In this document: positions 41,504 to 55,129 of the stretch, piece after piece
Numbering within the stretch: the first letter of the stretch is position 1
Layout: every line of letters begins with the position of its first letter
Assembly: GCA_964016885.1 (NCBI GenBank)
Contig: OZ024746.1
Coordinates: 94,922,001 to 94,986,000 of the forward strand
Direction: 5' to 3'
DNA: 64,000 bases
DNA from: Eledone cirrhosa
Taxonomy: Eukaryota
The notes under the pieces: generated by a model
The model's input: only the letters and a program-made list of their open reading frames with translations
What the model was told of the DNA's origin: nothing
Databases searched by the model: none
Translations under genes and position numbers: made by a program

Positions 41504-42601
41504 GGCTGATGGATAAAAAAGATAGAAAGTCTATGTGTAGTAAAAATAAGTAGAATATTTTCCGAATATATTTTACCGCAGTAAAATAGATAAATGTCAT
41601 GCCAATGTAATATTATCTGAGAAATAAATTATTTGTAACATATATCAGATGATCGCTGCAAGTATTTGCTGCAGCCATTGCCAACAAATTACTTGTTGCT
41701 TTGTAGTTGTTGCTGTTATTTTGTTGCGAGAATAAAACGGAATGAACAATGACGTATGGAAGCAAGGAAGTGTAACAACGAGAGTATGATCTTTATAACA
41801 TCTGCTACATTAATCTGGTAGGTAGTTCCAGGGTTATATTTATGGAACTTTTTCGACAGAGAGTAAAAGAAGAAGATTCCATAAACTAAACTGGGCGTAG
41901 CTTGAGAATATGCCGTGAATGTGAAGAGCTAAACAGACAAAACTAATGATTTGGTTTTGTTAGATACGAAAACTTAGATATTTAATTGAAGGGTAATAAG
42001 ACGTGTTGTTAAAGACGATCCCGGGAATTATAAGATCGTAAGGAAAATGAACTAACCTCTGTCAGGAATAGAAACCAGTTTGATCATTTTGCTTACAGGT
42101 TGTTTATGAGGCATGGCTAAGTGATTTAGAAGCTGCTATACCGGGTTCGATCTCATTGTTTATCATCTTGAGCAAGTTTCATTTAATATAGCTTCACATC
42201 AACCAAAACCTTGTGAATAAAATAGGTAAACTGAAACTGTGTGGAAACTCGTCCGGTGGATTGTACCTTCAAATGTCCAACAGTGTTGCTAGGACTTCAG
42301 TTTTTTGTTTGTTTGTTTTGTTTTTTTACCCAGCCCAGCAGTCTCCCTAGGCATTGACCCAAATCATGTATGGCCAATTCGCGTCTTCTTCTTCTTCTTC
42401 TTCTTCTTCTTCTTCTTCTTCTTCTTTGCTCACTTATTTGCCCACTTATTCCCGAGAGGGTCGTTGGGGCAGAGTCCTCAAACACAATTCGGGGTCGATA
42501 AAAAAAAAGTATCAGTCGGATACTGTGTTGATATAATCAATATTTGCTTTCCCCACAAATAGCAGGCCTTGTGCCTATATTAGAAATCATTATTTATGCA
42601 A

Positions 42602-42790
42602 CTGGATTGGCAGTGTCGGTAGAGGGTCGGACGCCATGCCTTGCAGCATAGAGTTACGGCCATTTACAGTCTGAGTTTAAATCCCACTGAGGTTAACTTT
42701 GCCTTTCATCCTTACGGGGTCTATGAAATAAAGTACCAGTAATGCACCGGGATAATTGCTGGCCTTGTGCCAAAAGTAGAAACAATTATT
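42602..42790 (+). mobile_element. SINE family A
   Basis: Matches the family consensus. Confidence 0.85.
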
Positions 42791-43169
42791 GGATTGTCAG
42801 TATTAAAAGCAACAGTCTCTAAGTGATCCGGTTGGATCCCCAGGCAAGACAAATAAAGCTAATGGATTTTATCCAACTATCTTGCTCATAGTCTACCTCT
42901 GAGTCGCTCTAACCCCGTCCGTTGTAATCTCTTTATTCGGAGAAGTAGCAGCTCTACTTCCAGCGTCTTATTGATGTGAGAGCTGCGCCCCCAATCAAGT
43001 AATCTTACTCCAAAACCCCTCGAAGAAACCTAATTTCGGCCGCTTATTTTCGCGATCGTATTCTTTCGGTCATTACCCAAGATTCATATCACAACAGGTG
43101 ATTTAAGGTGACGTGTCCCTACTCTGTGGGTAATGTTTAGTGAGTCGGTTAGGTCGAATAGCTGATCTG

Positions 43170-43487
43170 CTTAGACGTTGTTGAACCTCCATCGACTAGT
43201 GTTCCAGTTGATGCGATCAACGGTACAACTTGCTCCATACACGTGGCTGAGCATTTCATTGACATATATGTCCTTAACGTAATTCTCAGGGAGATTCAAC
43301 ATGACACTGTGTGACAATACTGGTTCTTTGAATCAGAAGTATAACTCATTTTGCCACGTGAATGGACTGGAGGAACAATGTGAAATAAAGAGCCTTGCTC
43401 AAGAACACAAGATGCTGCTGGGAATCGTACACACGACTTAACAGTCGTGAGTAGAATATTCTAACCACTAAGTCACGTGCCTTCACT
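43170..43487 (-). mobile_element. SINE family B, near full length
   Basis: Head gtgaaggcacgtgacttagtggttag and core cttgagcaaggctctttatttcac on the minus strand. Confidence 0.75.
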
Positions 43488-43693
43488 GACAGACTGAGTC
43501 ATTTGTATGACAAGTGTAATGGTTGGTCAAAGACACAACAGTGTGACAATAACAGGACATAAACAGCCAGCCTGTGGTTATCCACTTCTTTTCCTTTCCA
43601 GTCAGCCATTCATCATTTACGAATTTACAGAATCGAATCCTGTTTTAAAGCTATGATTATATAGCTTCAAATTGAACGGAAATTTCTGTGAGT

Positions 43694-43764
43694 GGGGTAT
43701 TGGTGTAATGGTAGCACAATGGTCAAGGTAGCCAGCGATGTGGGTTCGTGTCCCTTGTACGTCA
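43694..43764 (+). pseudogene. tRNA-like sequence (pseudo-tRNA or isolated SINE head)
   Basis: D-arm gtgt-aatggta-gcac, anticodon arm tggt-caaggta-gcca, T-loop ggg-ttcgtgt-ccc. Acceptor stem imperfect and no U33. Confidence 0.4.
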
Positions 43765-43889
43765 ACGCTAACTCATTTTTCCATTCTGTCAGTTTTTATA
43801 ACTCCAATTATTAGGTTAATTTATTTAGTCAAAAATACAAATTATTGTTGTAGGTAATCCACTCTTTCACTGTATATATATATATAAAA

Positions 43890-44080
43890 TGAAATGAAGG
43901 AGTTGTGGTAAGAAACCAGGTGGACCATAACGCACCAGAGTACTCAATACTCAGGGTAGTAGAGTGGGTAATAGGAAAATGTCTGGCCCCGACGGCAGAG
44001 CTCAAGCCGTTTCGACGGCTATTTCTGAGTCCAGAAATAGCCGTCGAAACGGCTTGAGCTCTGCCGTCGGGGTCATACAT

Positions 44081-44086
<6 letters not shown>
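43890..44086. mobile_element. Palindromic PLE-pLTR-like element (family of 13942)
   Basis: Inverted arms plus tail, flanked by (TA)n. Confidence 0.7.
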
Positions 44087-44111
<25 letters not shown>

Positions 44112-44118
<7 letters not shown>

Positions 44119-44447
44119 GAACAAAGAATCAGTGTTGCATCATTTACATATTTAATTATATATTACATATGTTTCATTGTCGATCAGCTCGGGGAACGAT
44201 CTATTAATGATCGAACCTGACTCTGGAAGTCTACATGTTAAATCATATCTGAGGAGCTTCCGATACCAGAGTCAGGTTCGATCATTAATCGATCGTTCCT
44301 CGAGCTGATCGACAGTGAAACATATGTAATATGTAATAAATATATATATGATGCAACACTGATTCTTTGTTCCCTTATATATTAATACTATTGATACTCA
44401 GCTCACCTGGCATACCACATATGGACGCAATTAACTTGCACCTTAAC
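44112..44447 (+). mobile_element. Fold-back element (about 115-bp arms plus tail) containing a hammerhead
   Basis: Arms 44112-44226 and 44266-44379. Partial copy at 63271-63385. Confidence 0.7.
44244..44333 (+). ncRNA. Type I hammerhead with enlarged stem II
   Basis: CAUAU-CUGAGGA-GCU..(about 55 nt)..AGU-GAAA-CAUAUG-UA^-AUAUG. Predicted cut after 44328. Confidence 0.65.
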
Positions 44448-44477
44448 ATACACACACACACACATGAATGTATATAT

Positions 44478-44510
<33 letters not shown>

Positions 44511-45129
44511 CACATAAGAAATTATACTCTGCTCTGTAAGAGCATCGAGTGCTCAAACGGCCTACCGCTTCCGGACGCTTTAAGCATCCCACACCAATTA
44601 TATATATGTTTGTGTGTGTGCGTGTGTTTGTTCGTGTGTAAGTGCGTGTGTCTATGTTTACGCTTGTGTCTGTGTATATTTCCCGAAACGTAGCGATTCA
44701 ACATAAAATCGATCGTTTAATAAAGTACTAAACTTGAAATAAAGAGTACTGAGCTAGATACGATCGACTACATAAAGGCGATGTTGCATCATGGCCGCAG
44801 TCAAATGAGTGAAACCAGGAAAAGAATAAAAGCAAAAAGAATTATCAATAGTAAAAGAGTCGTCGTAGTTTTCTTTATCAGTCGCCCCAATATTGTGATA
44901 TAAATCACTTGTTGGAAATGAGAACAGAATTGGTTCATTATATTAAAAATCCTAGTTTAGATAATTATGTATCCTTCCTATCAACAATGATCTGTTGATT
45001 GTAAATTTTCTTTTTAAATACGGAAAAACAAACCACCACATAGAGCGAGGTCAATGAGTAAAATAGACTTATAGAAGATTATAATGGAACAATTGTTTCT
45101 AATTTAGACACCTCCTTCTCTCCATTTTT

Positions 45130-46370
45130 TCTTCCCCCACTTATTCCTGAGAGTGTCATGGGGGTAGGGTTATCAAACACTTTTTCTAGCGGGTTCTGTG
45201 ATTCTGCTGGATCCCCAAGTGAGACCAGCCAAACTCGTGGTTGTTATCCAACCATCTCGCTCAGGGTCTACCCCTGGGTCTCTTGCCGGTTGGTTTTGCC
45301 CGTAATATCAGTCCAGCGATTCTTTCTTGAGACATTCTAACCAGACCCATAGTATCAGAGCTGTGATCTCTCAGTTCGGAGTAGTAGCGGCTCTACCTGG
45401 AGTGACTCTCCAGTGATTCTTTCTTGAGACATTCTAACCAGACCCATAGTATCCGAGCTGTGATCTCTCAGTTCGGAGTAGTAGCGGCTCTACCTGGAGT
45501 GACTCTCCAGTGATTCTTTCTTGAGACATTCTAACCAGACCCATAGTATCCGAGCTGTGATATCTCAGTTCGGAGTAGTAGCGGCTCTACCTGGAGTGAC
45601 TCTCCAGTGATTCTTTCTTGAGACATTCTAACCAGACCCATAGTATCCGAGCTGTGATCTCTCAGTTCGGAGTAGTAGCGGCTCTACCTGGAGTGACTCT
45701 CCAGTGATTCTTTCTTGAGACATTCTAACCAGACCCATAGTATCCGAGCTGTGATCTCTCAGTTCGGAGTAGTAGCGGCTCTACCTGGAGTGACTCTCCA
45801 GTGATTCTTTCTTGAGACATTCTAACCAGACCCATAGTATCCGAGCTGTGATCTCTCAGTTCGGAGTAGTAGCGGCTCTACCTGGAGTGACTCTCCAGTG
45901 ATTCTTTCTTGAGACATTCTAACCAGACCCATAGTATCCGAGCTGTGATCTCTCAGTTCGGAGTAGTAGCGGCTCTACCTGGAGTGACTCTCCAGTGATT
46001 CTTTCTTGAGACATTCTAACCAGACCCATAGTATCCGAGCTGTGATCTCTCAGTTCGGAGTAGTAGCGGCTCTACCTGGAGTGACTCTCCAGTGATTCTT
46101 TCTTGAGACATTCTAACCAGACCCATAGTATCCGAGCTGTGATCTCTCAGTTCGGAGTAGTAGCGGCTCTACCTGGAGTGACTCTCCAGTGATTCTTTCT
46201 TGAGACATTCTAACCAGACCCATAGTATCAGAGCTGTGATCTCTCAGTTCGGAGAAGTAGCGGCTCTACCTGGAGTGACTCTGATTTCCGAGCTACACGC
46301 TTTATCAAGTAACATTATACTAAAGACCCTTCGGAGGAACCCCATTTCCGCCGCTTGTGACACCAGGCCA
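45130..46370 (-). mobile_element. RTE-like LINE 3' fragment containing an internal tandem amplification
   Basis: Flanks are collinear with the unamplified copy at 55130-55470. Confidence 0.8.
45318..46282. repeat. 97-bp tandem array, about 10 near-identical copies
   Basis: Unit starts at 45318, 45415, 45512 ... 46191. Confidence 0.97.
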
Positions 46371-46569
46371 GAAATTTGGGGAGAGGAGTTAGTTGATGGT
46401 ACCAACCTCAGTACTTCACCGATAATTGTTTTATCGAACTGATGAGGATAAAAGGCAATGCTGACCGCGGTGGGAATTGAACTCGAAATGTAAAGAGCCA
46501 GCATAAATACCACAAAGCATTGTTTGTTCAACGCTCTAATAATTCTGCCAAGCCAATTAACTACATTAT

Positions 46570-46700
46570 AATTGTATCTACTTTTGGCACAAGGCCAGTA
46601 ATTACCCAGTGCATTACTGGTACTTTATTTTATCGACCCCGTAAGGATGAAAGGCAAAGTTAATCTCGACGGGATTTGAACTCAGAATGGCAAGGACCAA
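46570..46700 (-). mobile_element. SINE family A, 5'-truncated
   Basis: Matches the family consensus. Confidence 0.85.
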
Positions 46701-47689
46701 TCCACGCTCCTACATGACCTACATTATAATAACATAAATAAATAATTTAAAAAAACAATAGTTTTATGATGCATTGAGTTAATTTTAATTTTGACTATCT
46801 GTTAGTTAATTGTAAGCTGCTACAACCCAGGTTTGACAATAATATAGTCGAATAAGTATGGGCATGTCGTTAGAGTGTCTAAGGAAAGAATCGCAGGGAG
46901 TCCTGTCAGAAGCAACCGTCTCCAACTGATCCGGCTGGATCCCAAGAGAGACCAGCCAAGCTTATGGATGTTATCCAACCATCTTGCTCGGGGTCTACCC
47001 TGGGTCTCCTACCGGCTGGTTTCCTCCAATCAAATTTGTTTTTGATGAACCTTGGACAAATGAAAACTTCAGTGCTGTTACAACGATCAAATGACTAAGG
47101 ATCACTAATTACACAATGATTTTCTACGAACCTTTCCATTCTGTTATTGTATGCCTGTGCAAGCGTTGTGAATTGACACAGTTTTTAGAGCATTGGGCAA
47201 AGACGTAGCAGCATTTCTTCTGATTCCTTATGTTCTGAGTTCAAATCAAGCGGAGGTCAACTTTGCTTTTCGTCCTTCTGGGGTCGTTGAATAAAGAACA
47301 AGTCAAGTACTGGAAGTCGACTTTCCTTTGCCCTAAATTGCTGGCCTTGTGTTCGAAACTATTATATGTGTGGGCGAATAACATGTTCCTAAATTTTAAT
47401 TCTGTTATATGCTGGTATCAAACCTGATCAGGTCAAAAATCAAGGCTATTCCAGTCGTGAACATCCTCCCTATTATTATAGAAAAACGTAATCCATTGGG
47501 ACGTCGCTTGTGTTGTTTGCAAACACTGTAGCTTGTGGTTTGTTAATATTTGGCTGTTATTTCCAGCAAACTGAATGTGACAGTGTACAGGCTGCTTCGT
47601 TCGCCCGTACAACATAAGCATTTATTTAAGGTTCCTCATGGGTCACTAATGACCATGGTGTTACCTCTGGACAAGGTTTTCTTTGTGGA

Positions 47690-47938
47690 AGACCAGCAGT
47701 CGCCCATGCATACCAGTCTCCCCTCTCCACGCCACCGATGTTGTCCAAGGGAAAGGCAATGGCTGATACAGCTTGGCACCAGTGACGTCGCAACTCATTT
47801 CTACAGCTGAGTAAGCTGGAGCAACGAGAAATAAAGTGTCTTGCTCAAGAACACAACGCATCACTCTGTCTGAGAATCAAACTCACCACCTCACAATTAC
47901 AAGCCCAACGCTCTAACCACTAAGCCATGTGCCTTCAC
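47690..47938 (-). mobile_element. SINE family B
   Basis: Head gtgaaggcacatggcttagtggttagag plus core. Confidence 0.75.
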
Positions 47939-48250
47939 TCGTACTACTATTACTATTGTTACTGCTTTTTTCTTTCTCATTCATTAAAACTGAAGCAATT
48001 TCCCGCCGTGAAAGAAAGTTTGGCGGGAAGAGAGCAAATATGTAAATATATAAACATAAGAGATAGTTAACATAGTTGAATGGCTTGCCAATAATTGTTG
48101 TAATTAGTACTGCGTGGAATTCACATTTTGACCACATACACTGATAAATGATATATATAGCTGGGAAAATACTTGGGGAGATCGCTACTTGGCATTTAAC
48201 CACACGGAAATACATATTTATCTAAATATACATGGCCGCATAATGTTTAC

Positions 48251-48291
<41 letters not shown>

Positions 48292-48294
48292 CAT

Positions 48295-48375
<81 letters not shown>

Positions 48376-48412
48376 CGCGTGTGTGTATGTGTGTGCCTGT
48401 GCGTGTGTGTCT

Positions 48413-48530
48413 GAAGGGGCGTGGCTGAGTGATTAGAGAATTGGATTCGCAGTTGTGTGGTTGTGAGTTCGATTCCCGGACCGGGCGATGCGTTATGTCC
48501 TTAAGCAAGACACTTTATTTCACGTTGCTC
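48413..48530 (+). mobile_element. SINE family B head and core
   Basis: gtggctgagtgattagag..gagttcgattcc..gtccttaagcaagacacttt. Confidence 0.75.
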
Positions 48531-48695
48531 CTTCTGCCTAGATTTGCGACTGGTAGATATAGTATTAACAATTGGAAAGTCCAATGGAAACATCATTTCC
48601 TCGGTCCAATTTGGCGATCTCCACCCCACTCGTTAAGCGTATGAGGTCTGTGACCTTGTCGATCGACTGCTACAGACATACACACACACACACAC

Positions 48696-48745
<50 letters not shown>

Positions 48746-48855
48746 GCACACAGACACACATACACATATATATATATATGTGTGTGCTAACGAAGCCTTG
48801 AGGAAACAACACGAAATTTCAGCATATAAAAAGTATGTATGTATGTATGTATGTA

Positions 48856-48914
<59 letters not shown>

Positions 48915-49105
48915 ATGTATGTGTGGGTGTATGTATGTATGTATGTATGTATGTATGTATGTGTGTGTGTGTGTGTGTTTGTGTGTGTGGGTGTATGTAT
49001 GTATCTATGTAAGTGTGTTTGTGTGTGTGTGTATGTATGTATGGGCAGAAGAACTCATAAGAGTCAACGCCCATCTAAAAATGTGTAAATATGTATGCAT
49101 ATGTA

Positions 49106-49158
<53 letters not shown>

Positions 49159-49989
49159 ATGTGTATATATATATATGTATGCATGTGTATGTATATGCGC
49201 GGGGTCATAGAAGCAGTCGGGCTGGACACCCGATCGCGCGGTTAAACCACTGGGAGTGAAGGACCCCTAGCCTTTGTCAGGGCATTCTTCTAGGAGAAGG
49301 TAACTCAGGAAACTGGGATAACTCCGACATAAAACCTGCGACTCAGTAGTTACCGATGATGTTGATCTTTTCTTCTTTTCGGGTTATAGCTACTGTCGCT
49401 CAAAGAGTGGGATTGGCTCAGTGCACAGTCTTTCCTCACTTTAAAAAAATCTTGACGCACAGGCATTGCACGATAGCTTTAATTGATAATTATTAATAAT
49501 GGTATATCGTGCAATGGCTATACTCGATAACGAGGGGGCAGCCATCATGTATGTACGTACGTATGTATGTATGTATGTATGTATGTATGTATGTATGTAT
49601 GTATGTATGTATGTATGTATGTATGTGTATGTGTGTGTGTGTTTTAAACGAAAAAGATAGAAAGAATAGATTAAATGGTGTATATAACATTTAGCAGCTA
49701 CATACCGTGGAAAAAATAATTTTTCAGGGAGAATTATGGAGTAAAATACAAAAGAATCATAAGTTAATCAGTTATAACTAGTCTGTAAGTATGTAAGAAA
49801 TATAAGAATAATCTCAGGCTTGGGTTCTTCCGCGCCTTTCCGCATCTCGAGCAGTAAGTAGTTGCCAAAGGTCACGATCAGTGGCAGCTTTATTTGCGTC
49901 CATGCCAAGTGATGTTGGCTGCCATCCGGTTTTTTGGAACGTTCGGCGGTAGGTCAACCTGGGGCAACCCTGCCTCCGTTTGCCGTCAG

Positions 49990-50340
49990 CAAAGAATTAC
50001 CTCCCTTTACAGTCTGAGTTCAAATCCCGCCGAGGTTGACTTTGCCTTTCATCCTCACGGGGTCGATAAAATAAAGTACCAGTAATGTACTGGGGTAATT
50101 GCTGGCTTTGTGCCAAAAGTAGAAACAATTAATTATCAAAGGGCGGTGGATTGGCAGTATCAGGAGAGAGTCGGACACCATGCTTTGCAGCAAAGAGTTA
50201 CGGCCCTTTATGGTCTGAGTTCAAATCCCGCCGAAGTTAACTTTGCCTTTCATCCTTACAGAGTCGATAAAATAAAGTACCAGTAATACACTGATATAAT
50301 TGCTGGCCTTGTGCCAAAAGTAGAAATAATTAATTATCAA
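49990..50340 (+). mobile_element. Two tandem SINE family A copies
   Basis: Truncated copy 49990-50130 followed by a full copy 50141-50330 with attaattatcaaa-type flanks. Confidence 0.85.
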
Positions 50341-50799
50341 AAGATTAATAATTTAAAACATAAAAGTAATCATAAAAAAGAAAGTAAACAAAAAAATCAT
50401 ATACACACTTCATTACACACTACAGGGAATAGTGTTTTCCTCTCATAAACGTTTTTCAGGCATGTCAAAACACACTATATGTACAATATGTATCTATGTG
50501 TGGTCCCGTAACTCCTGATAGAATTGTAGGGACGCCGTATTGACATACAACGTTTCTTGAGTATTTTAAAGACTGGCAGATCCCATCCCTCTCCAGGCCT
50601 GAGTACAGCAAATTTCTTCCAGAGAAAGATAGAAAGTGAGAGAGAGGAAATATTAGAAAGAGATTTAGAGGAAAAATCCACCCCAGTCTGGTACTTTTTT
50701 TATTGACCTTGAAAGGATGAAAGGCAAAGTTGATCTCGACGGGATTTGAACGAATCCCATAAAGCATTCTATCCGACGTTCTAAGACACGATATGTTCA

Positions 50800-51358
50800 C
50801 ACAAAAAAGGAAGAATCACAGTGGAATAAGGTATTTAACGAAACCACTTAACCTTTAACTCTACAAAATACTTCAGCAATGCTTGCATAGTCACTGCCTC
50901 CGTCTCTTTCGCTCTCCCCATCTCTCACTATTATAAGCAAATAGGGGTCCACGCGCTGGCCACCCCGCGGCCCCGGCGAACAGAATATAGAAGGGGTTTC
51001 TCCGGAGGATAGTGAGGGAGACGCGTTGGAAGAGCCATTGCAGCTCGCGAAGCTCACACCTGCGGGTAGCCAACTCCGTGCCGAGGGTGGTGAGTAGAGA
51101 GGTGGTCCTAGTGCCAAGGACACCAAAAGTCTCCACTGTTACGGGCTCGACTGGAAACCTGTCGGAGAGCGACCGATATTTGGAGAGTTGACCCTCTTCG
51201 GCCCGAAGTGCAGGAGAGCCTGGATTAGTCGCAGACTGCACCAGGTTGCCGCTGGAGAAAGTGTAGCCGCATGTGGCATCCCAGACGAAGGGTTTGTCAC
51301 CGCAGAATGGGAAGATGGTCATACCGTCTGGACTTTTGCAGTCCCCTCGATCCAGCAT
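50800..51358 (-). mobile_element. CRE-clade 3' fragment with 3' UTR
   Basis: LDRGDCKSPDGMTIFP..WDAT..VETFG..FQRVSLTILRRN. Confidence 0.85.
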
Positions 51359-51985
51359 CTAAGCCATGATTTATGATCTCGTTGAGAGTAGCATCAGTCG
51401 TTGATGTTGCTTAATCTGTGCAACTCTCTGACCGAGCTGACTTCTCATCGAAATTATTCCAGTTATGACCACTCCATCATTTTAAAATGTAGGCATAGCT
51501 GTCTATGTCAAATTGCATACATAATACAACACGCATATTCAGTATTTCAAACAGTGTAATATATTAGAAAGATAGTTTGGCTGCTATTTCTAGCAGCTCA
51601 GACGACCATGCCTAACCCTAACCCTCACGCATGGCTCGTCTAAGAGCTTGTAATGTTATAAATGTGCCAGAATGATTATCTTGAGATCTCTTCAGTTGAA
51701 TTGTTCTAACAAATGGCTTTCCAAGACCGAAGAACTATAAGGGTGGAACAAAAAACAATTAGCATGATGGATCCCCGTCGATTTTGACGATGAGCATTTA
51801 GTGATTTGATCAACTGAACTTATGACTCGTGAGTTAACAATAACTTGTTAGTGGTTGAGTATTCCACGGAATCAGGCACCCTTAAACGTCATTCTAACAG
51901 AATGAGGGTGACACCATAATTGACATGGTTGGAGCTTTGAATGTCAGGTAAAATCCCTCCGACGGCCTTCAATGTAGTTTCCCTC

Positions 51986-53117
51986 TACTCTCGGGTTTCG
52001 AATAATTATCCCCCCACCCACCCCACCACGTATTAATGTTTCAGATTTTTCCAACCTCACTCCCTCTCTTATTCCACCCCACCCCGCTTATTAAATTTTG
52101 TTAATCTATCTCCGGCAAAATTTTATTATAAATTTCTATATACATTATAAAACCAAAGGGGGAGAAGGTGGAAGTTAAGAAAAATCAGTTAAATAAAGTA
52201 TCTAATGAAATTACTTAACCTTTAACACTACTTACATCCTACTAGCTCTGTTATATGGTCTTCACTGTGTTAATTGGACGACAAGGTCACTTCAGAACCT
52301 CTCTACTTTCCACATCATGAGACTTATGATTGACATGCAGCACAGCGACGGTATCTGTATCAGTGAGCTGCTCAACATCACCAAACTTAGACCAATTACA
52401 TCAATTGTCAAGTCAAGAGTACTCAAACTATACGGTCATATAAAAAGATCAACTCGTGGTGTAATTTGGTTATGCCAAGAAAGAAAGTTGGCTGGTAAGA
52501 GAAGCAGAGGTCGGCAGCCAAAACGATGGCTTGACAACAATGTCAACTTATGGACTGGACTTGACTGCTGCTCTTTAAACTCCGCTGTTGGTGATCGAAC
52601 ATTGTGGAGAAAAATATAACATGTTGATGCGCAGTCTGCAATGGCGGAGTTTAGCGTCGCAAGAAGAACTCTACAAAATGTTTCAGCAATGTTGGTATAG
52701 TCACTGCCTCAGTCTCTCTCACTCTCCCCCTCTCTCACTATTATAAGCAAATGGGGGCCCACGTGATGGTTGCCCTGCGACGACCCCAGCGGACAGAATA
52801 GAGAAAGCGTTTCTCCGGAGGATGGTGACGGAGATGCGTTGGAAGAGCCATTGCAGCTCGCGAAGCTCCCACCTGCGGGTAGCCAACTCAAATCATTATA
52901 CATGACAAAAAATGTACATCACTAGAAATCTCACACGTTATAAAATAAATACGATAAGTCGGGTTCTCAATATGTAAACTAAACGACTAATTCTGTTTTG
53001 TTTTTTTAAATCAACGGAGACAAACTAGAATAATTACCGATTCCCCCACCTCCAGCTCGCTTATTCAACCCAACCCCGCCTACTCCCTCCACCCCTATTA
53101 TTTGGGGCCCGAGAGTA
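51986..53117. mobile_element. Three-level nest: CTCTCGG MITE > CRE 3' fragment (-) > RTE-like 3' fragment (+)
   Basis: MITE halves 51986-52150 and 52894-53117. CRE about 52150-52890, flanked by a cattata duplication. LINE about 52235-52667 with aagaagaa tail. Confidence 0.75.
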
Positions 53118-53547
53118 CCTAATTACACTCCAAAGCTTGGGTCAACCTGAGGCTATGTTAAAGGTACTTTCCAAAGATGCCACACAGTCGATTCGAATCC
53201 GGGACGTTAAACTGTTAGTTGCTATTTCTAGCAAGTACTGGGACCACATAACTCTCTTGTACACAAAACTTTAATATGGTTTAGCCCTAAGTCAGCTCTA
53301 GTCAAATCTAGGCCTATGCTATAAGATGTTCCAGTCGGGATTTTTTTTTTATCATCATAAAGTCTTTAAAATATTTGCTATTGTTGATATTATTGTTGTC
53401 GTTGTTGTTGCCGTTGTTGTTTGATTTTCTGTTAAGTTAGTGAGGTAAGGGACGTATGCATGACCCCTTTCAGGGTCTCCGAATCTATTCCCAAATAGGA
53501 GACATGGTCGCTGTAGTGTTTTTTCATTACTGTACTCTGTATATTTA

Positions 53548-54160
53548 GTGAAGGCGCGTGACTTTATGTTTAGAGCAGTCATGAGCAATCTACGGCCCGC
53601 CAAGCTTTCTCAATGACTCACCTAAGTCACCTAAGTGAAATCTTTCTGATTTTTTTACCCCAACTTTTCAGTCGTGTATCATTTTTACGATTGAGGAAAC
53701 AAAGTGTACGAATTTTGATGAAACAATTCAAAACAACCTGAGTTACCGCCCTTTTTTAATGTGAGCACGAATGTAAATTAGCGCTTGCGGCCCGCCTGGT
53801 GATGAACCATATCTCATGCGGTCCGATTCTCGAAAAAGGTTGCCCATGTCTGGTTTAGAGTATTCGACTCACAATCGTAAGGTTGTGAGTTCGATTCTCA
53901 GCGACGCGTTCTGTCCTTGAGCAAGACACTTTATTTTTCATTGCTCCAGTCCATTCAGCTGGCAAAAATGATTTGTACCTGCAATTCGAAGGGCCAACCT
54001 TGTTACATTCTGTGTCACGCTGAATCTCCCTGCGAATTACGTTAAGGATACACGTGTCTGGTATGTTCAGCTACCTGCACGTTAATTTCATAAGCAGGAT
54101 GTTCCGTTGATCGTATCAGCTGGAACACTCGTCGTCGCAACCGACGGAATGCCCGTTATT
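53548..54160 (+). mobile_element. SINE family B interrupted by a hAT MITE
   Basis: The head gtgaaggcgcgtgac..gtttagag resumes at 53861 with B-box and core. Confidence 0.8.
53576..53852. mobile_element. hAT MITE (inverted copy of the 18327 family)
   Basis: TIRs cagtcatgagcaa / ttgcccatgtctg. Perfect TSD gtttagag. Confidence 0.9.
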
Positions 54161-55129
54161 CTGTATATTTATATTTCTTAATAATTTGTTGTAAAATTAT
54201 ATATATTGGATATTAATTTGTTAGAAAGATGTTCTACATTAATTAATAGTTTCGTATAAAACGCGTTATATTGATAAAAAATATTTTATAAAAAATTCTT
54301 TATATTCCTTAAGTGACTTATAAAATTCTTTATATTGATTAATTTGTAATAAATATTTTATATTTTATATGAATTAATAATTTATTATAAAATTATTTAA
54401 GTTAATTAATTATTAAAAGATAAATGAGCTTATTCAGTCATATTATAACCAGCATCAGTTAATACGTAACTGTGAGTGAGAATAAGTATTTAACTCGGAA
54501 AGCCCGATGTTAACTTCCGCTCTTTTACAGACCACCAGAAAACCCGTTTCACGTTTATGGTTCTCCCTTACATTTTGATTTTTGAAACTAATTTATTGGA
54601 ACACTCAGTAATTTAATTAGAGTCAAGAATGTTTTAGTTCGAATGCTTACAACATTGTGAACTTTAGGCTAAGTTAACATCGCTAAACCCTGCGACGGAT
54701 TAAAGCAAGACCTGAAAACGAAACGTGAAGAGACGGAACAAACGACTTAAGGTAAGTTGTTGTTATTGTTGTTGTCTAGAGCCGTGATCAAACAGACTTC
54801 TGGTTAAATACGTTCTATCTATTACAATCCATGACCATATATAGTTTATTTCAGATTACGCTATCCAATATTTGCTTCTTATTTTATGTTATTTTTCAAA
54901 TAATATTGGGTGGAATTCTAGGTCGAGATACGACGTATATATTCCTTATATTCTCTTAGTTTATGTTGTTTTTGTTTAGCCCTTTCTCTGTTCTAATACA
55001 AAAGACTCTAACTTAAAACATTTTAGTACAACTATACCGTATTTTCGGATGTAATTATTTCAGACTCTGTGTGTGTGTGTTGATCCGAAGTCTGTTCCGA
55101 CGACGAAGGATTCAGTTAATGAGATATTC

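Noticed and set aside
45318-46282. CRISPR-like regular array
   Set aside because: Units are contiguous and identical with no unique spacers. The sequence derives from a LINE, and there are no cas genes.
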